Positions 26,561 through 39,898 of a stretch of 64,000 nt of DNA are shown here, piece after piece. The notes beneath the pieces were generated by a model. That model worked only from the letters and a program-made list of their open reading frames with translations. It searched no databases and was not told the DNA's origin. The position numbers and the translations under genes are program-made. Origin of the DNA: Octopus bimaculoides (taxonomy: Eukaryota); contig NC_068988.1 in assembly GCF_001194135.2 (NCBI RefSeq), positions 38,036,282-38,100,281 on the forward strand, written 5' to 3'. Position 1 is the first letter of the stretch; every line of letters starts with the position of its first letter.

Positions 26561-27111
26561 CCATTTATCATCATCATCATCATCATTGTTTTAACATACA
26601 CTTTCTCATGCTTACATGGGTTGGTCAGAATTTGTTGAGGCACATTTTTCTCTGGCCAGATGTTCTTCCTGTTGCCAATCCTCACCCCTGTTTCCAAGTA
26701 AGATAATATTCTCTCATGACCAGACATGTTTTCATAGAACACTGCTAATGAAGGACACTGCTTACAATAAAGGAAACTCATTTACAACTATCATATGATA
26801 TCAAAACAAGGAGATGGTAACACACAGGCATGCACACATGAATAGACATACACACAATGGGGATCTTTCAGTTTCCATCTACCAAATTTATTCACAAGGC
26901 TTTGGTTGACTCTGGATTATAGTAGAAGGCATTTGCCCATGGTGCTACACAGTGGAACTGAACCCCAGACCATGTGGCTGGGAAGCAAACTTCTTATATG
27001 CAATATATATAAATATATACAGGTGAGCATATAAGTGCAAAACAAGGATGAAAAAATAGTATTCAAATACCAAGAATAGGGTAATATACTTTTTATTAAA
27101 GCTGCAAAATT

Positions 27112-27165
27112 ATCACAGAATTATTACTCGGAGTTTCATGTTTCCATTCATTGGACAGTTGTGAT
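27112..27165 (-). ncRNA. Minimal type I hammerhead motif, probably inactive (G5>A, U4>C)
   Basis: Minus strand: AUCACAACUGU-CCAAUGA-AUG(GAAA)CAU-GAAA-CUCCGAG-UA|AUAAUUCUGUGAU. Perfect 3-bp stem II with GNRA loop, GAAA, GUA triplet, and a stem I including AUCAC/GUGAU. Confidence 0.55.
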
Positions 27166-27310
27166 GAAAACCTGAAACCTGAAAGAAGCCTGTTGTGTGT
27201 GTGTGTGTGTGTTCCTCATCAATGCTTGACAACCAATGTTGGTATATCTATATCCCCATAACAGTTTGGCAAAAGATATCAATAGAATAATATATATATA
27301 TATAAATATA

Positions 27311-27462
27311 TAGTATTAGGGAAAAGAACCAAGGTTTATGAATTCATCGATAAAAATCCACTGTCACATATAGAAAAAATTTATAATTAAAAGTACAATA
27401 AATAAGTATAATATAATACAAAGTAAATATCATAAGATCAAGATAATAATTCTTTTGCCTAA

Positions 27463-27467
<5 letters not shown>
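27311..27467. mobile_element. Short inverted-ended element embedded in (TA)n
   Basis: TAGTATTAGG(G/C)AAAAGA at both ends in inverted orientation (16/17). Confidence 0.5.
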
Positions 27468-27505
<38 letters not shown>

Positions 27506-28439
27506 GCATGTGTGTGTATGATATCATCATCATTGGTTCATGTCTTCCCATGCTAACATGGATTGGACTGGTTATTGTGATTAGAGTCACTTCCTATTCA
27601 TACTGCCCCCTTGGATGGAGGAAGAGTGCCTTGCTTGTACACTTAAGTTTTTCACTTGGATTTTAGGCTTCTGCAACTGGATGCTCTATCATCAACCACT
27701 TCACAGAGTGTTCTAGGTTCACGTTACTGTGGCACCAGCTCTAGAGAAGTTGTCATGTCCTCAACAAAACAGTATCCCCATGACACCTTTACTCATTTAC
27801 CAACAACATTTCAAAGAGAATTCATAACAATTCAAGAATTCGATGATGTGTTCATTCGGTCAAGGTAATATTGTAGAAAAGAAAATGAACAAAAGTGACC
27901 ATGATGACCAAAGAAGAATCGGGATCAATGTATGTAAGGAGAAGGATGAGTTGTGTGTATGTTGGCTGTGTATGAAATGTTATTGTCACCAAATAATATT
28001 ATAACCTAAGAATGAATAATGATATTATACTCAGATAATTTTTTCAATTAAGGAATAAAAAATATTGCTATAATTCCAAAGCGAAATGTATAATGGTAAA
28101 CTGTAATTCCAATTGTCTACAATGTAAATGAATAAGATTGTACTAAAAACAAGTGCCACGTAGTGGAAAAGAATAAATTCATAGAACGAGTCCTTGTATA
28201 AAAAATGTCACCTAATACAGTCAATAAAGTGTTATACGATTGGATGAACAGGTATTAGCTACATGATAAATGACGTGGGAGTAGAAAAACATCACATGAT
28301 AGAATCGTGTCACTTGATTGGATGAATAGAAATAGACTATTAATAAAGAATGTTCTGTAATGAAACAACTGGAGTTGTCTCAGTAGAGTATCAAGAAACG
28401 AGTATTGAATGTAGAGGATGTACATGTAACACTTGGAGT

Positions 28440-28790
28440 AAAGTAAATAATGCATGCTCTGCTGGATGTGTAATGTTGTACATGGATGACATCAGCTGAA
28501 AGATAAACTGGATATAAGAGGAATCTGTTGTGGTGTGTGAGAACATTGGTATAGGCCTGTAACATGTATGGGTGATTACAGGTGACTAAAGAAGTGCTAG
28601 GAGATTCCAAGTGGAAGAAAACTTGGAAGATGAAGACTGACAAAGACATAAATGTAGTGAAAACTGATCTCAAAATGCAGAGCCTGACAAAGGAGATGAC
28701 AAAAGAACAACAAATACCGGGATATTTTGTTGGAAAGGACTCGCCTGTCCAGCCTAATCAAGCAGGGAAAAGTGAACGTTACGATGATAT
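28440..28790 (+). mobile_element. Degenerate RTE LINE 3' end
   Basis: The KKC..., VVKTDLKMQSLTKEMTKE segments parallel KKC...VVRQDLRTLGLTEAMT of the 31017-31232 copy. Confidence 0.6.
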
Positions 28791-28804
28791 TAACTGTTTG
28801 TGTG

Positions 28805-28835
<31 letters not shown>

Positions 28836-29439
28836 NNNNNNNNNNNNNNNNNNNNNNNNNNNNNNNNNNNNNNNNNNNNNNNNNNNNNNNNNNNNNNNNN
28901 NNNNNNNNNNNNNNNNNNNNNNNNNNNNNNNNNNNNNNNNNNNNNNNNNNNNNNNNNNNNNNNNNNNNNNNNNNNNNNNNNNNNNNNNNNNNNNNNNNNN
29001 NNNNNNNNNNNNNNNNNNNNNNNNNNNNNNNNNNNNNNNNNNNNNNNNNNNNNNNNNNNNNNNNNNNNNNNNNNNNNNNNNNNNNNNNNNNNNNNNNNNN
29101 NNNNNNNNNNNNNNNNNNNNNNNNNNNNNNNNNNNNNNNNNNNNNNNNNNNNNNNNNNNNNNNNNNNNNNNNNNNNNNNNNNNNNNNNNNNNNNNNNNNN
29201 NNNNNNNNNNNNNNNNNNNNNNNNNNNNNNNNNNNNNNNNNNNNNNNNNNNNNNNNNNNNNNNNNNNNNNNNNNNNNNNNNNNNNNNNNNNNNNNNNNNN
29301 NNNNNNNNNNNNNNNNNNNNNNNNNNNNNNNNNNNNNNNNNNNNNNNNNNNNNNNNNNNNNNNNNNNNNNNNNNNNNNNNNNNNNNNNNNNNNNNNNNNN
29401 NNNNNNNNNNNNNNNNNNNNNNNNNNNNNNNNNNNNNNN

Positions 29440-29480
<41 letters not shown>

Positions 29481-30540
29481 CATACATACATACATACATA
29501 CACACAGGTGTAGGCGTGGCTGTGTGGTAAGAAGCTTGCTTCCCAAACACATGGTTCTGGGTTCAGTCCTACTGCATGGCTCCTTGGACAAGTGTTTTCT
29601 ACTGTAGCCTTGGGCTGACCAAACCCTTGTGAGTGGATTTGGTAGACAGAAGCTGAAAGAAGTCCATCGTATATATATTTAGCAGCTAAAGTAACATATA
29701 GAATCATGTTGATATGATGTAGCCAACTACCAAATGTAGCATGTAGATGTAACGCTTAAGGTACTCACAATAGAGATACCAGTGAAGAACACTGAAGAAT
29801 AACACTAAAAAGGAAGGAATATTATTTATTTTTTTATTATTTGCTTGGCAAGTAGTTAATAAGAGCAGTAATCGTAGTGACAGTGACAAGAAATTTACCT
29901 GCTGTCTGATAGTTGATAGTGAGGAATTTGTGGTTTGCTTGTAGTGAGAGAAAGAGTAGAGATTGTACTGTGCTGGCAAGAGAGGTAGTAAGGGTAAAGG
30001 CAGCATTGCCCGTTCTTGTGAAGTATGAAGGGAAGTGTTACTCCTTGGTCATGGTTGACACAAAGAAGAGCGAGAAAGGAAATGGTCTCTGTTATATAGA
30101 ATATGCTAGCAAAATGGATATAGTGTTATAACAATGGCTAAATTAATGTAGGTCAAATTTTGTTCACCTAAACTTTCTATGGCATAGCAAGGTCATAGGT
30201 CAAGTGGAAAGCATATAGATCCGCATTCCCTTTTGACAGGACAATGGGCCATATGGCTGAGGAGAATTTCCAGATTCGGTTTCGAATCTCAGGTAGGCAG
30301 GGCCAAAGGGGGTCCAACATATGTGTGTGTGTGTTCGTACCCCACCACTGCTTGACAACCAGTGTTGGTATGTCTATGTCTCCGTAACTTAACGGTTCAG
30401 CAAGAAATCATTAAAATAAGTTCCAGGTTTAGGATAAAAGTACACGGGTCAATTTGTTCAACCAAAAATTCTTCAAGGCAGTGCCCCAGCATGGCCTTAG
30501 TTAAATGGCTGAAAAAGTAAGATATAAAAGATATATATAT

Positions 30541-31232
30541 ATCATCATCATCATCGTTTAACGTCCGCTTTCCATGCTAGCATGGGTTGGACGATTCGAC
30601 TGAGGACTGGTGAAACCGGATGGCAACACCAGGCTCCAATCTAATTTGGCAGAGTTTCTACAGCTGGATGCCCTTCCTAACGCCAACCACTCAGAGAGTG
30701 TAGTGGGTGCTTTTACGTGTCACCCGCACGAAAACGGCCACGCTCGAAATGGTGTCTTTTATGTGCCNNNNNNNNNNNNNNNNNNNNNNNNNNNNNNNNN
30801 NNNNNNNNNNNNNNNNNNNNNNNNNNNNNNNNNNNNNNNNNNNNNNNNNNNNNNNNNNNNNNNNNNNNNNNNNNNNNNNNNNNNNNNNNNNNNNNNNNNN
30901 NNNNNNNNNNNNNNNNNNNNNNNNNNNNNNNNNNNNNNNNNNNNNNNNNNNNNNNNAAATGGTGCATCTCATGTGCCACCCGCACAAGAGCCAGTCCAGG
31001 GGCACTGGCAACGATCTTACTTGGCTTGCCGGGTCTTCTCACGCACAGCACATTTCCAAAGGTCTCGGTCAGTAGTCATCGCCTCGGTGAGGCCCAATGT
31101 ACGAAGGTCTTGCCTCACCACCTCAGCCCAGGTCTTCCTGGGCCTACCTCTTCCACGGGTTCCCTCAACTGTTAGGGTGTGGCACTTTTTCACGCAGCTA
31201 TCCTCATCCATTCTCACCACATGTCCATACCA
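30541..31232 (-). mobile_element. 5'-truncated RTE-clade LINE (ORF2 C-terminus, 3' UTR and (GAT)n tail), with an assembly gap
   Basis: WYGHVVRMDEDSCVKKCHTLTVEGTRGRGRPRKTWAEVVRQDLRTLGLTEAMTTDRDLWKCAVREKTRQAK*, followed by a UTR ending CATGCTAGCATGGAAAGCGGACGTTAAACGATGATGATG. Confidence 0.92.
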
Positions 31233-31362
31233 GTTATGGGGATGTAAGCACACCCAGACTGTTTGTCTGGTGGTGGTGGTGATGAGGGCAAACACAGGTA
31301 AAGATTCACACACACACACACACGTGTGTATGTAAATATATATATTTATGTGTGTGTGTATA

Positions 31363-31401
<39 letters not shown>

Positions 31402-31899
31402 CATCATCATCATTTAATGTCCATTGCCCAAGCTAGTATGGGTTGGACGGATTGATCAGAGCTAGCAAGCTGGGGAGCTGCATCAGACTCCAGTCTGATT
31501 TGGCATGATTTCTTTGGTTGGATACCCTTCCTAATGCCAACCACTTTACAGAGCGTGCTGGGTGCTTTTATGTGGTGCTGCATGGGCACTGCCACGAGTG
31601 CTTTTCACCAACAGAGGGACTCGTTTTGGGTTTTTTTTTAGTGTCTTCTTACCAAATCCACTCTCAATACTCGGGTTGGCCTGAGGCTACAGTAGTAGTC
31701 ATCTGCTCAAGGTGCCACACAGTGGCACTGCACCTGGAACTGTATGATTAGGAAGCAAACATCTTACCACATAGCCACATCTACACGCACACACACATAC
31801 ACACACTGTGTGTTTATAGTTTACATACACATGCATATAATATCTATCTATCCATCCATCCATCCATCCATCTATCAATCAATCAATCAAGATAGAACA

Positions 31900-32222
31900 A
31901 AGGTGCATGGCTCAGTGGTTAGTGACGGGCTTACAGCTGTGAGGTTGAGAGTTCAGTTCCCAAACCGGGCTGTGTGTTGTGTTCTTGAGCAAGCCACTTT
32001 ATGTTACTCCAGTTGCAACGTCACTGGTGCCAAGCTGTATTATCCTTTGCCTTTCCCTTGGATATCATTGGTGGTGTGGTGAGAGGAGGCTGGTATGCAT
32101 GGGCGACTGCTGGTCTTCCACAAGCAATCTTCCACAAGCAATCTTGCCCAGACTTGTGCCTCAGAGGGGAATTTCCAGGTGCAATCCCATGATCATTTAT
32201 GACCAAGGGGAGTCTTTACCGT
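31900..32222 (+). mobile_element. SINE family D
   Basis: Homologous to 22288-22600 and 41753-42096. Confidence 0.8.
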
Positions 32223-33059
32223 TTTCTTATATAAAAGCTATCAATCTGTCTGTATACACACACACACACACACACACACACATAAAATATACATGCAATT
32301 TTTGTGCATGAGAGGCATTTAACATACATAAGATGCGTACAATACATGTACATATATATAAAGGATTTACAAAAAATAAAATAAAATAGAAAGAGAGAGA
32401 GAGGGAGAGAGAGAGAGTAAACAAACATAATAAATCTCATTATTGTTTAAATACTTCCACTCTAAGAATCATCTGGTTTGATGAATGAATTGTCCAATGG
32501 TTGATAGAAAACTGTCAAGCCAATTTAATGGTGAATGAAGTGAGGATTTCTCCTGATAGGGAGAATGAGATACAATATACACCCATATAATCCTGTTGTG
32601 CTCATATAACCACTAATTGTTCTGAACTGATTATCAATCTGAAAGAGCTCTTTGATAGTTTGTTAATCAATATTGATTAGTTTGTCTGTGTTTGTGTGGA
32701 CATCGTTTGATAGTTATGTCTTAATTAATGTGAACTCAGTTGGCGTTCACTTGAAAAACCTGTTTATCAACTTCTCTCTTTCCCTCTCAACACCACTACT
32801 ACTACCACCACCTCCAATAATAATAGTAGTAATAGTAATAATAATGTGGTCTTATGTCCCACCAAAGATAATGAGGATTAAATTTCTCTTAATAAAAATA
32901 TTAATGGTTTCTTTTATTATCACGAGGACGATGGCCCATGTGGAAGTTGACATTACGAGGACAAATTACAAAATGTTTTGTTGGGGGTTGGAAAAGGGGA
33001 AGGATGGAGTGAATTTACATGGACTATGATGTGGTATCAAAACATGTAACTTAAGTGGT

Positions 33060-33350
33060 TTGAAATATATGTGTCCTAAAAGCTGGTGGGGCAGTCATCT
33101 TGAATGAGGGAGCTAGTCGGGTCTGACATGGGGGTAGTATGTGCCATTGCAGCACGTCACTGCAGCATCCACTGTTTGTCAGTATCTGGCTGTGGGTGGT
33201 CTTGAACAGCCTTCTGAGCAGTGTCCCAGCCAGTAGTCCTCCATCTCTGTGAGATTCTTCCTCATCCACCTTAACCATGTGGTACGTGGTTGACCAACAT
33301 GACCCAGCACTCTCCAACTGGATCCTCAGAGAAAAGAACATGATCTGACT
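33060..33350 (-). mobile_element. Possible LINE (RTE-like) C-terminal relic of a second family
   Basis: One minus frame gives GQPRTTWLRWMRKNLTEM, similar to the GRPR.TW motif of RTE ORF2 ends. Confidence 0.35.
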
Positions 33351-33408
33351 TGGAAAATCAAGCAAAGCAATATGACCAAACAGTCTGAGCTGACATTCTT
33401 AACTCAAA

Positions 33409-34296
33409 CGAGGTGGTATCAAAAAGTTCCAGAACTAGTTATGTTTAATAAAAAAAATAACTTATTTACCTAAGTTTTAACATCATCTCTTTCAAAATAG
33501 TCACCATGCACAACAATATACTGGCCCCAATGTTGCTGCCACTTTTGGAATCCAGCCTGGAAGTTGTTTTCCACAAATGAGTTGAGGATCTTCTGTGATT
33601 TGCTCTGGATCTTGACAACAGTATTAAAACAGTGACATTTGAGCTGCATTTTCATCTTGGGGAAGAGATGGAAGTCTGCAAGTGCTAAATCTGGCGAATA
33701 GAGCAGGTGCAGAAGCGATACCATGTTGTTTTTGGTGATAAACTTGTGAGTGAGGAGAGCCTGGTGAAGAATCCACATCTTCGCACTCCACAGATCCGGT
33801 CACTTTTGCTGAATGTCTTCCCTCAAACTCTTCAAAACGTTGCAATAGAATTCTTGATCGACTGTTTAGTCCTGGAAGATGAACTCTCAATGCACAGTAC
33901 CACATTTCCAGGGTTGATGATTGTAGAAGGTCTTTCAGATTGTTCATCATCGTCCAGGGACATTCTTCCACTTTTAAAGTGCCCATGCCATTCAAAACAT
34001 TGTGTACAACCCATTGCCTCATCACCATAAGCTTGCCAAAGCATGCTCAATGTCTCTGTAGCAGACTTCCAAAGTTTAACACAAGATTTCGTGTTGGCTC
34101 TTTGTTCCTGTCCATGACAAAAATTGCAGACTATGGCATACATGTGATCACAAAAACAAATTTCACAACTTGTGAAATAAACACAGCGATGTCAGTCAGC
34201 ACACTGCCTCATGAAGGTCACTCATGAAGCTCCCATTGCACATGCAACTGTGTATGCACTACAGAACTAGTCCAGGAACTTTTTCATACCACCTTG
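33409..34296 (-). mobile_element. Internally deleted mariner transposon (888 bp)
   Basis: 32-bp imperfect TIRs (33409-33440, 34265-34296). Minus-strand fragments EQRANTKSCVKLWKSATETL..YGDEAM..QCFEWH..FKSGR (HTH) and YSPDLA..DFHLFPKMK..GDYFE (C-terminus). Frameshifted; central region missing. Confidence 0.92.
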
Positions 34297-36150
34297 TGCA
34301 AGTAACAGGACACTTCCCAGTTTCTGAGTATAGTTGTGACCAATGGTAGCCCATAATCCTGTGAATCCTGTTACTGAAAGAGTTTAGCCTAGGGATGGGA
34401 GCCTAATAAATTTTTGGTTAGAGAGGGTAAAAAGCTCTTCTCCATTTTACATTTTCAGTTTACATCACCATATGTTCAGAATGTTAGTAAACAAGGATAA
34501 TAACACTGGGGAACACATATTTTAGTGAATGATATCTGACACTTGATTCTCAGTAATTTGGGTGCACTGAATACGAATTTCAACTTGGTTTGGCTCTATC
34601 AGGTCCTGATTCTTGTCAACAACTTATGTGCCATTTTCTAAATTTTTCAAATTAAGACTAAAAAATTAAGTCATGTGTTCAAATTTATTTTCAAGTTTCA
34701 TAAATATAAGCTGTTCAAGCTACTGTAAAATTGCTTTATAACAATAGAAATGACTTAAAATAAAATAGAAAATAAAGAGATATGAAACTTTCACTCTGGC
34801 AAAAATTTTCTTTTATAGCACTTTCTAGTGTATTTGCTTGTTGACAGCAAGTCTCTTTTCAAGCACCAACAATTATAATTATTGCAGTATGTTCTTCAGT
34901 AAGACGTAGAACTTGTGCTTGCTCTAGTTGGCAAACTGGAATAAGTCTTCATGACATAAGGAAGGAAAAAAACATCCTGAAGTTACCGATGTTACTAGCA
35001 AAACTGTTCATTGGCTATAGGACACTTTTTTAATGTTTATCATTGCACTGTCCTAAACATGAAAAAACAAAAAAGAGTTCTTTGTCTGATGAAGAGCTTT
35101 GTTTTTAACATCAAGATCCTTGTCTTCCTACAGCATTGATATAAATTTATTCAAATTTGAGAACTTACCAAATTGCTTTCTACACCCAGTACATACTGTA
35201 AAGTGGTTGGCATTAGAAAGGGCATCTAGATGTAGAAACCATACTAGACCTGATACTGGAATATGATGCAGTACTTGGACCCATCAGATCCAGTTAAGCC
35301 ATCCAGCCATGCCAGTATAGAACATTGATGTTAAACAATGAGGATAGATTACTTTTAGTCTTCTTGGATCCTGGTTTTTATTTGTTCTGATCTGACTATT
35401 TGACAAAATTTAGTTTTCATTTTCTAATTTTCAGCTGAATATTTCACTCTAAGAAGTGCATGAAAGCATATAGCAGAGAAAAGAAACATAACATCAGATC
35501 AACTTGAGTTTTATAATGGAAATGGTGTAGATGATAAGAAACTGTTTGGAAAATGAACTTTACTCATAATTCAAAGGGCCAACCTTGTACATTAAGGGCA
35601 CAAGTGTTTATATGGAATACTCAGTTACTTCAGTGAGTTGGCAGTTGAGTTGATCAAACAAGTGGAATGGGTGTTTAGCCCACATCATTCCATAAGGAGC
35701 ATAGGGTTGGTTTCCATGGGGTATATACTCCTCCCTGGACAGGATACCGGTCCATCGCAGAATTACTCATTTTTACCAGCTGAGTGGACAGGAGCAACAT
35801 GAAATGAAGTGTGTTGTTCAAGAACACAATGCATTGCCTGGTCCAGGAATCAAAACCACAATCCTACAATCATGAGTTGAACACCTTAACCACTAAGCCA
35901 CGCACCTCCACAGATAACTGGAATACTTATTATTAAAACAGATGGAAATCCTCTTACTTAGATGATGAGGACAACAATGATGTTGATTTCTATTAATTTG
36001 AAACTGAGGGCTTCAAATTCTGTGGGTAGAGTTATAGTTGGTTTTGTTGACTTTGCAAAGATGGGTTTAGAACTCAACATAAAAAGCCATGGCTAAATAC
36101 AACAAGGTATTTTGTCTGATGCTCTCCTGATTCTGCCCCTCTAGTGATAG

Positions 36151-37137
36151 TAATAATATTGGTTTCAAATTTTGGTACATGGCCAGCAATTCCAAGGGAG
36201 GGGGAAAGTCGATTACATTGACCCTAGTGTTCAACTGGTACTTATTTTATCGACCTCGAGAGGATGAAAGGCAAAGTCAACCCTGGCGGAATTTGAACAC
36301 ATAACGTAGAGACAGATGAAATGCTGCTTAGCATTCTGCCTGGTATGATAACAATTCTGGTAGCTTGCTGCCATAATAATAATAATAATAATAATAATAA
36401 GCCTTTCTGTTATAGGCACAAGGGCTGAAATTTTGATGGAGAGGCCAGTCAATTAGATCGACCCCAGTACACAACTGGTACTTAATTTATCGACCCTGAA
36501 AGGATGAAAGGCAAAGTCGACCTTGGCAGAATTTGAACTCAGAACGTACAGATGAACTAAATGTTGCTAAGCATTTTGCCTGCCATGCTAACGATTCTGC
36601 CAGCTCGCCGCCTTAGATAATAATAACAATAATCCTTTTTACTATAGGTACAAGGCCTGAAATTTGGAGGAAGGGGATAGTCGATAACTTCAATTTTCAG
36701 TACTCAACTGGTACTTATTTTATCAACCCGAAGGGATGAAAGGCAAAGTCAACCTTGGCGGAGAGATAGACAAAATGCTGCTTAGCATTTGCCCGCTGTG
36801 CTAATGATTCTGCCAGCTCATTGCCTTAATAATAATAATAACCCTTTCTACTATAGGAAAAAGACTTGAAATTTGGGAGAGGGGGATTAGTTGATTACAT
36901 CGATCCCAGTATGTAACTGGTACTCACTTCATTGACCCCGAATGGATGAAAGCCAAAGTTGACCTTGGTGGAATTTGAACTCACAATGTAGTGGTAGATG
37001 AAATACTGCTGAACATTTTGCCTGGCGCACTAACGATTTTGCCAGCTTGCTGCTTAATAATAATAATAATAATAATGATAATAATAATGCTTTCTACTAC
37101 AGTCACAAGGCCTGCAATTTGGGGTTGGGGTTTGATT
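36151..37137 (-). mobile_element. Head-to-tail chain of four full and one partial family B SINEs joined by (TAA)n
   Basis: Units at about 36151-36373, 36401-36615, 36634-36827, 36842-37055 and 37089-37137; visibly diverged from one another. Confidence 0.88.
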
Positions 37138-39898
37138 CACAGTTGGTAGGGTTAATAGGGTGAAGATGTACTTAACCAACTTAAAGGTGCTCTGTTTGTA
37201 GTGAGACATTGCACAGCATTCCTGGTTGGTTTACTGACGTGTACCCTCACACTCCTGATATGCTTGAATGCAATACATTTTCAAATATAGAGTGACTTCC
37301 AGCTGTGGCAATCCCCCATCTGTTGTTATTCAAACTTTTGTATACCGAGGAATACATTATACATGTACTTTTTTAAGAGGACAGGTGCACGTGTATGAGT
37401 TGAGGGAGATTTAGGTGCTATTTTTAGCACATCAGAAGACTATTGACTCCTTTGTTTCTTGTTGGCTCATTGCTTAATATTCTTGTTCAGTTCCTGGCCA
37501 GCCCTCATCAAAGACATTTCAACTGTAAGACCATTTAGTCACATCTAGAACTGCATTATGAAATGTATCCTTTTTCTTTTATAAGATAGTAAGGGAGATT
37601 TGACTGCTCTATCTAGCAGGTTGAGCAATCACAGATGTTCCAGCATTGTCTTGTTTTACTTAGTAGTAGTTGTAGTAGTGAAGTGGTCCGTTAATGTATA
37701 TTTTAGGTAGGTGTTTGAAATAGTACATACAATATTATTATTATTATTATTATTATTATTTAACCCAGTACCTTACCAGTACTCATTTTATCATTGAGGG
37801 TTTGATTAAATAAAGTTCAAGTATTAGGGTTTATATAATTAAATCTACCCTCCTGCCCCCACATTTTCAGACATCATCATCATAGTTTTTACATACCTTT
37901 TTCCATGCTTGCATAGGTCAGACAGAATTTATTGAGGCATATTTTTTGTGACTAGATGCTCTTCATGTTGCTAACCCTCAGTTTTTTTCCCCATGACCAG
38001 ACATGTTTTTGCAGAATATTGGAAATGAACGACACTGCTTGTATGACAGTGACACTCATTTACAATTATCATGGGATATCATGACAAGGGGACAGAAGCT
38101 TACACACATACATGCATATATATATATATAAATGGCATTCCATCGGTTACAACAACAATGGTTCCAGTTGATCCAATCAACGGAACAGCCTGCTCATAAA
38201 ATTAACATGCATGTGGCTGAGCACTCCACAAGCACATGTATGCTTAACATAGTTCTCAGGGAGATTCAACATGACACAGCGTGTGACAAGGCTAGCCCTT
38301 GGAATAACAGGTACAACTCATTTTTGCCAACTGAGTAGACTGGAGCAATGTGAAATAAAGTGTGTTGCTTAAGGACACAATGCATCGCTGAGAGTTGTAC
38401 TCACGACCATACAATCGTGAGCTAAATAACCTAACCACTAAGCCATGTGCTTTCACACACACACACATGTATGTATATAATTGGTAGACTTAGATAATGT
38501 TGCTTGTGTTTCCAAGCAATCCTTCAGGCTTAGTACACATGGTTAGTCCTATTTGAAAGCCAGTACACTGATTCATGAGAAAATGCAAGAAACAAAACGA
38601 CTAGGTTGATGCATGTACTTTTTTGTTGATCCTACCTATAATGATACATCATCATCATCATTTAATGTTCGCTTTCCATGCTAGCATGGGTTGACTGAGG
38701 ACTGGCGAGCCAGGAGGCTGCACCAGGCTCCAATCTGATCTGGGTTCCATCCATAGTCTGTTTTGGCTTGGTTTCTACGACTGGATGCCATTCCCAATGC
38801 CAACCACTTTACAGAGTGTACTGGGTGCTTTTTATGTGGCTTTTTACATGGCACCAGCACCGGTGCTTTTTATGTGGTACCAGCATCCACACCAATGGAC
38901 CCTTTGTTTTAGGATCTCAGTTCTGTTGTGGTTGGCAGACCTTCTCAAGTACTGCAATGTGTCACATATCTTGGTCCTCTGTAGGCTTCTTTCCATTTCC
39001 ATCTGCTGATCCAGCCACAAGGCTTTTGTCTGCCCAAATCTATAGTAGGAGACATTTTCCCTTGATTCCAAGCAGTGAGACTGAACCTGAAACCATGTGG
39101 TTTGGAAGCAAAGTTCTTACCACACAGCCACACTTGTGAATGGTGTTTTTTTAACCAGTAGGGTGTAATTTGAAAGAGATTTAGCTATAACTTTTAGCAG
39201 GTCAAACAACCTTATAAGAGGCTGTCTTATTGTCTCAGCCAATTGTGTTTGTGTAATTTGTGTGTAGGATGGTATTTTGTTGCAGCAACTGTTTTAATTT
39301 TTTTCAAAGCATCATGTCCTCCCTACTGATAATTAATCAACTGTAAAGTAAGCAAACCTGCTTCCTCCCCACCTTCTGTTTGCTACAATACAACGACAGA
39401 AGTAAGTTTTAACTTATAAACCATGTGGTTGACTTGTAGGTCAGGATTACTATGACTACTTAACATTCTACTTATTCAAAAGCATAGTTTAGATATGGTT
39501 ATTTCAAACAACAATCTTTATGAAATAAAATTTTGTAGGACAAATCATGACAAAAAAATAAACTGTAAATCAGTCTTCTTCTATATTTGAGTAGTCAAAG
39601 CATATACACCCACGCACTCACAAACTTAGTCATTCACATACACATACTCATACACATACATCCACCCACACACATAGATACACATAACATACACCAGATA
39701 TGGAAAGAAATATGGAAATAGCATAAAAGGTAGAATAAAGTAGAAACAGAAGTTTTCCTGTTAAGAATACATCAAATCTACATTTGTTTCTAGTTAGCTT
39801 CTTTTTTATTTGTTCCTTGCATTAAATATGATAATTTTAACTGAACTATTCTTCATGTGGATGGTAGCTGAGTTATTTTATTTTCTAAACAATCATTG

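Noticed and set aside
36151-37137. Regular repeat array resembling a CRISPR or satellite
   Set aside because: The units are about 220-bp diverged SINEs with microsatellite junctions; there are no short identical repeats with unique spacers and no cas genes, and the context is eukaryotic.
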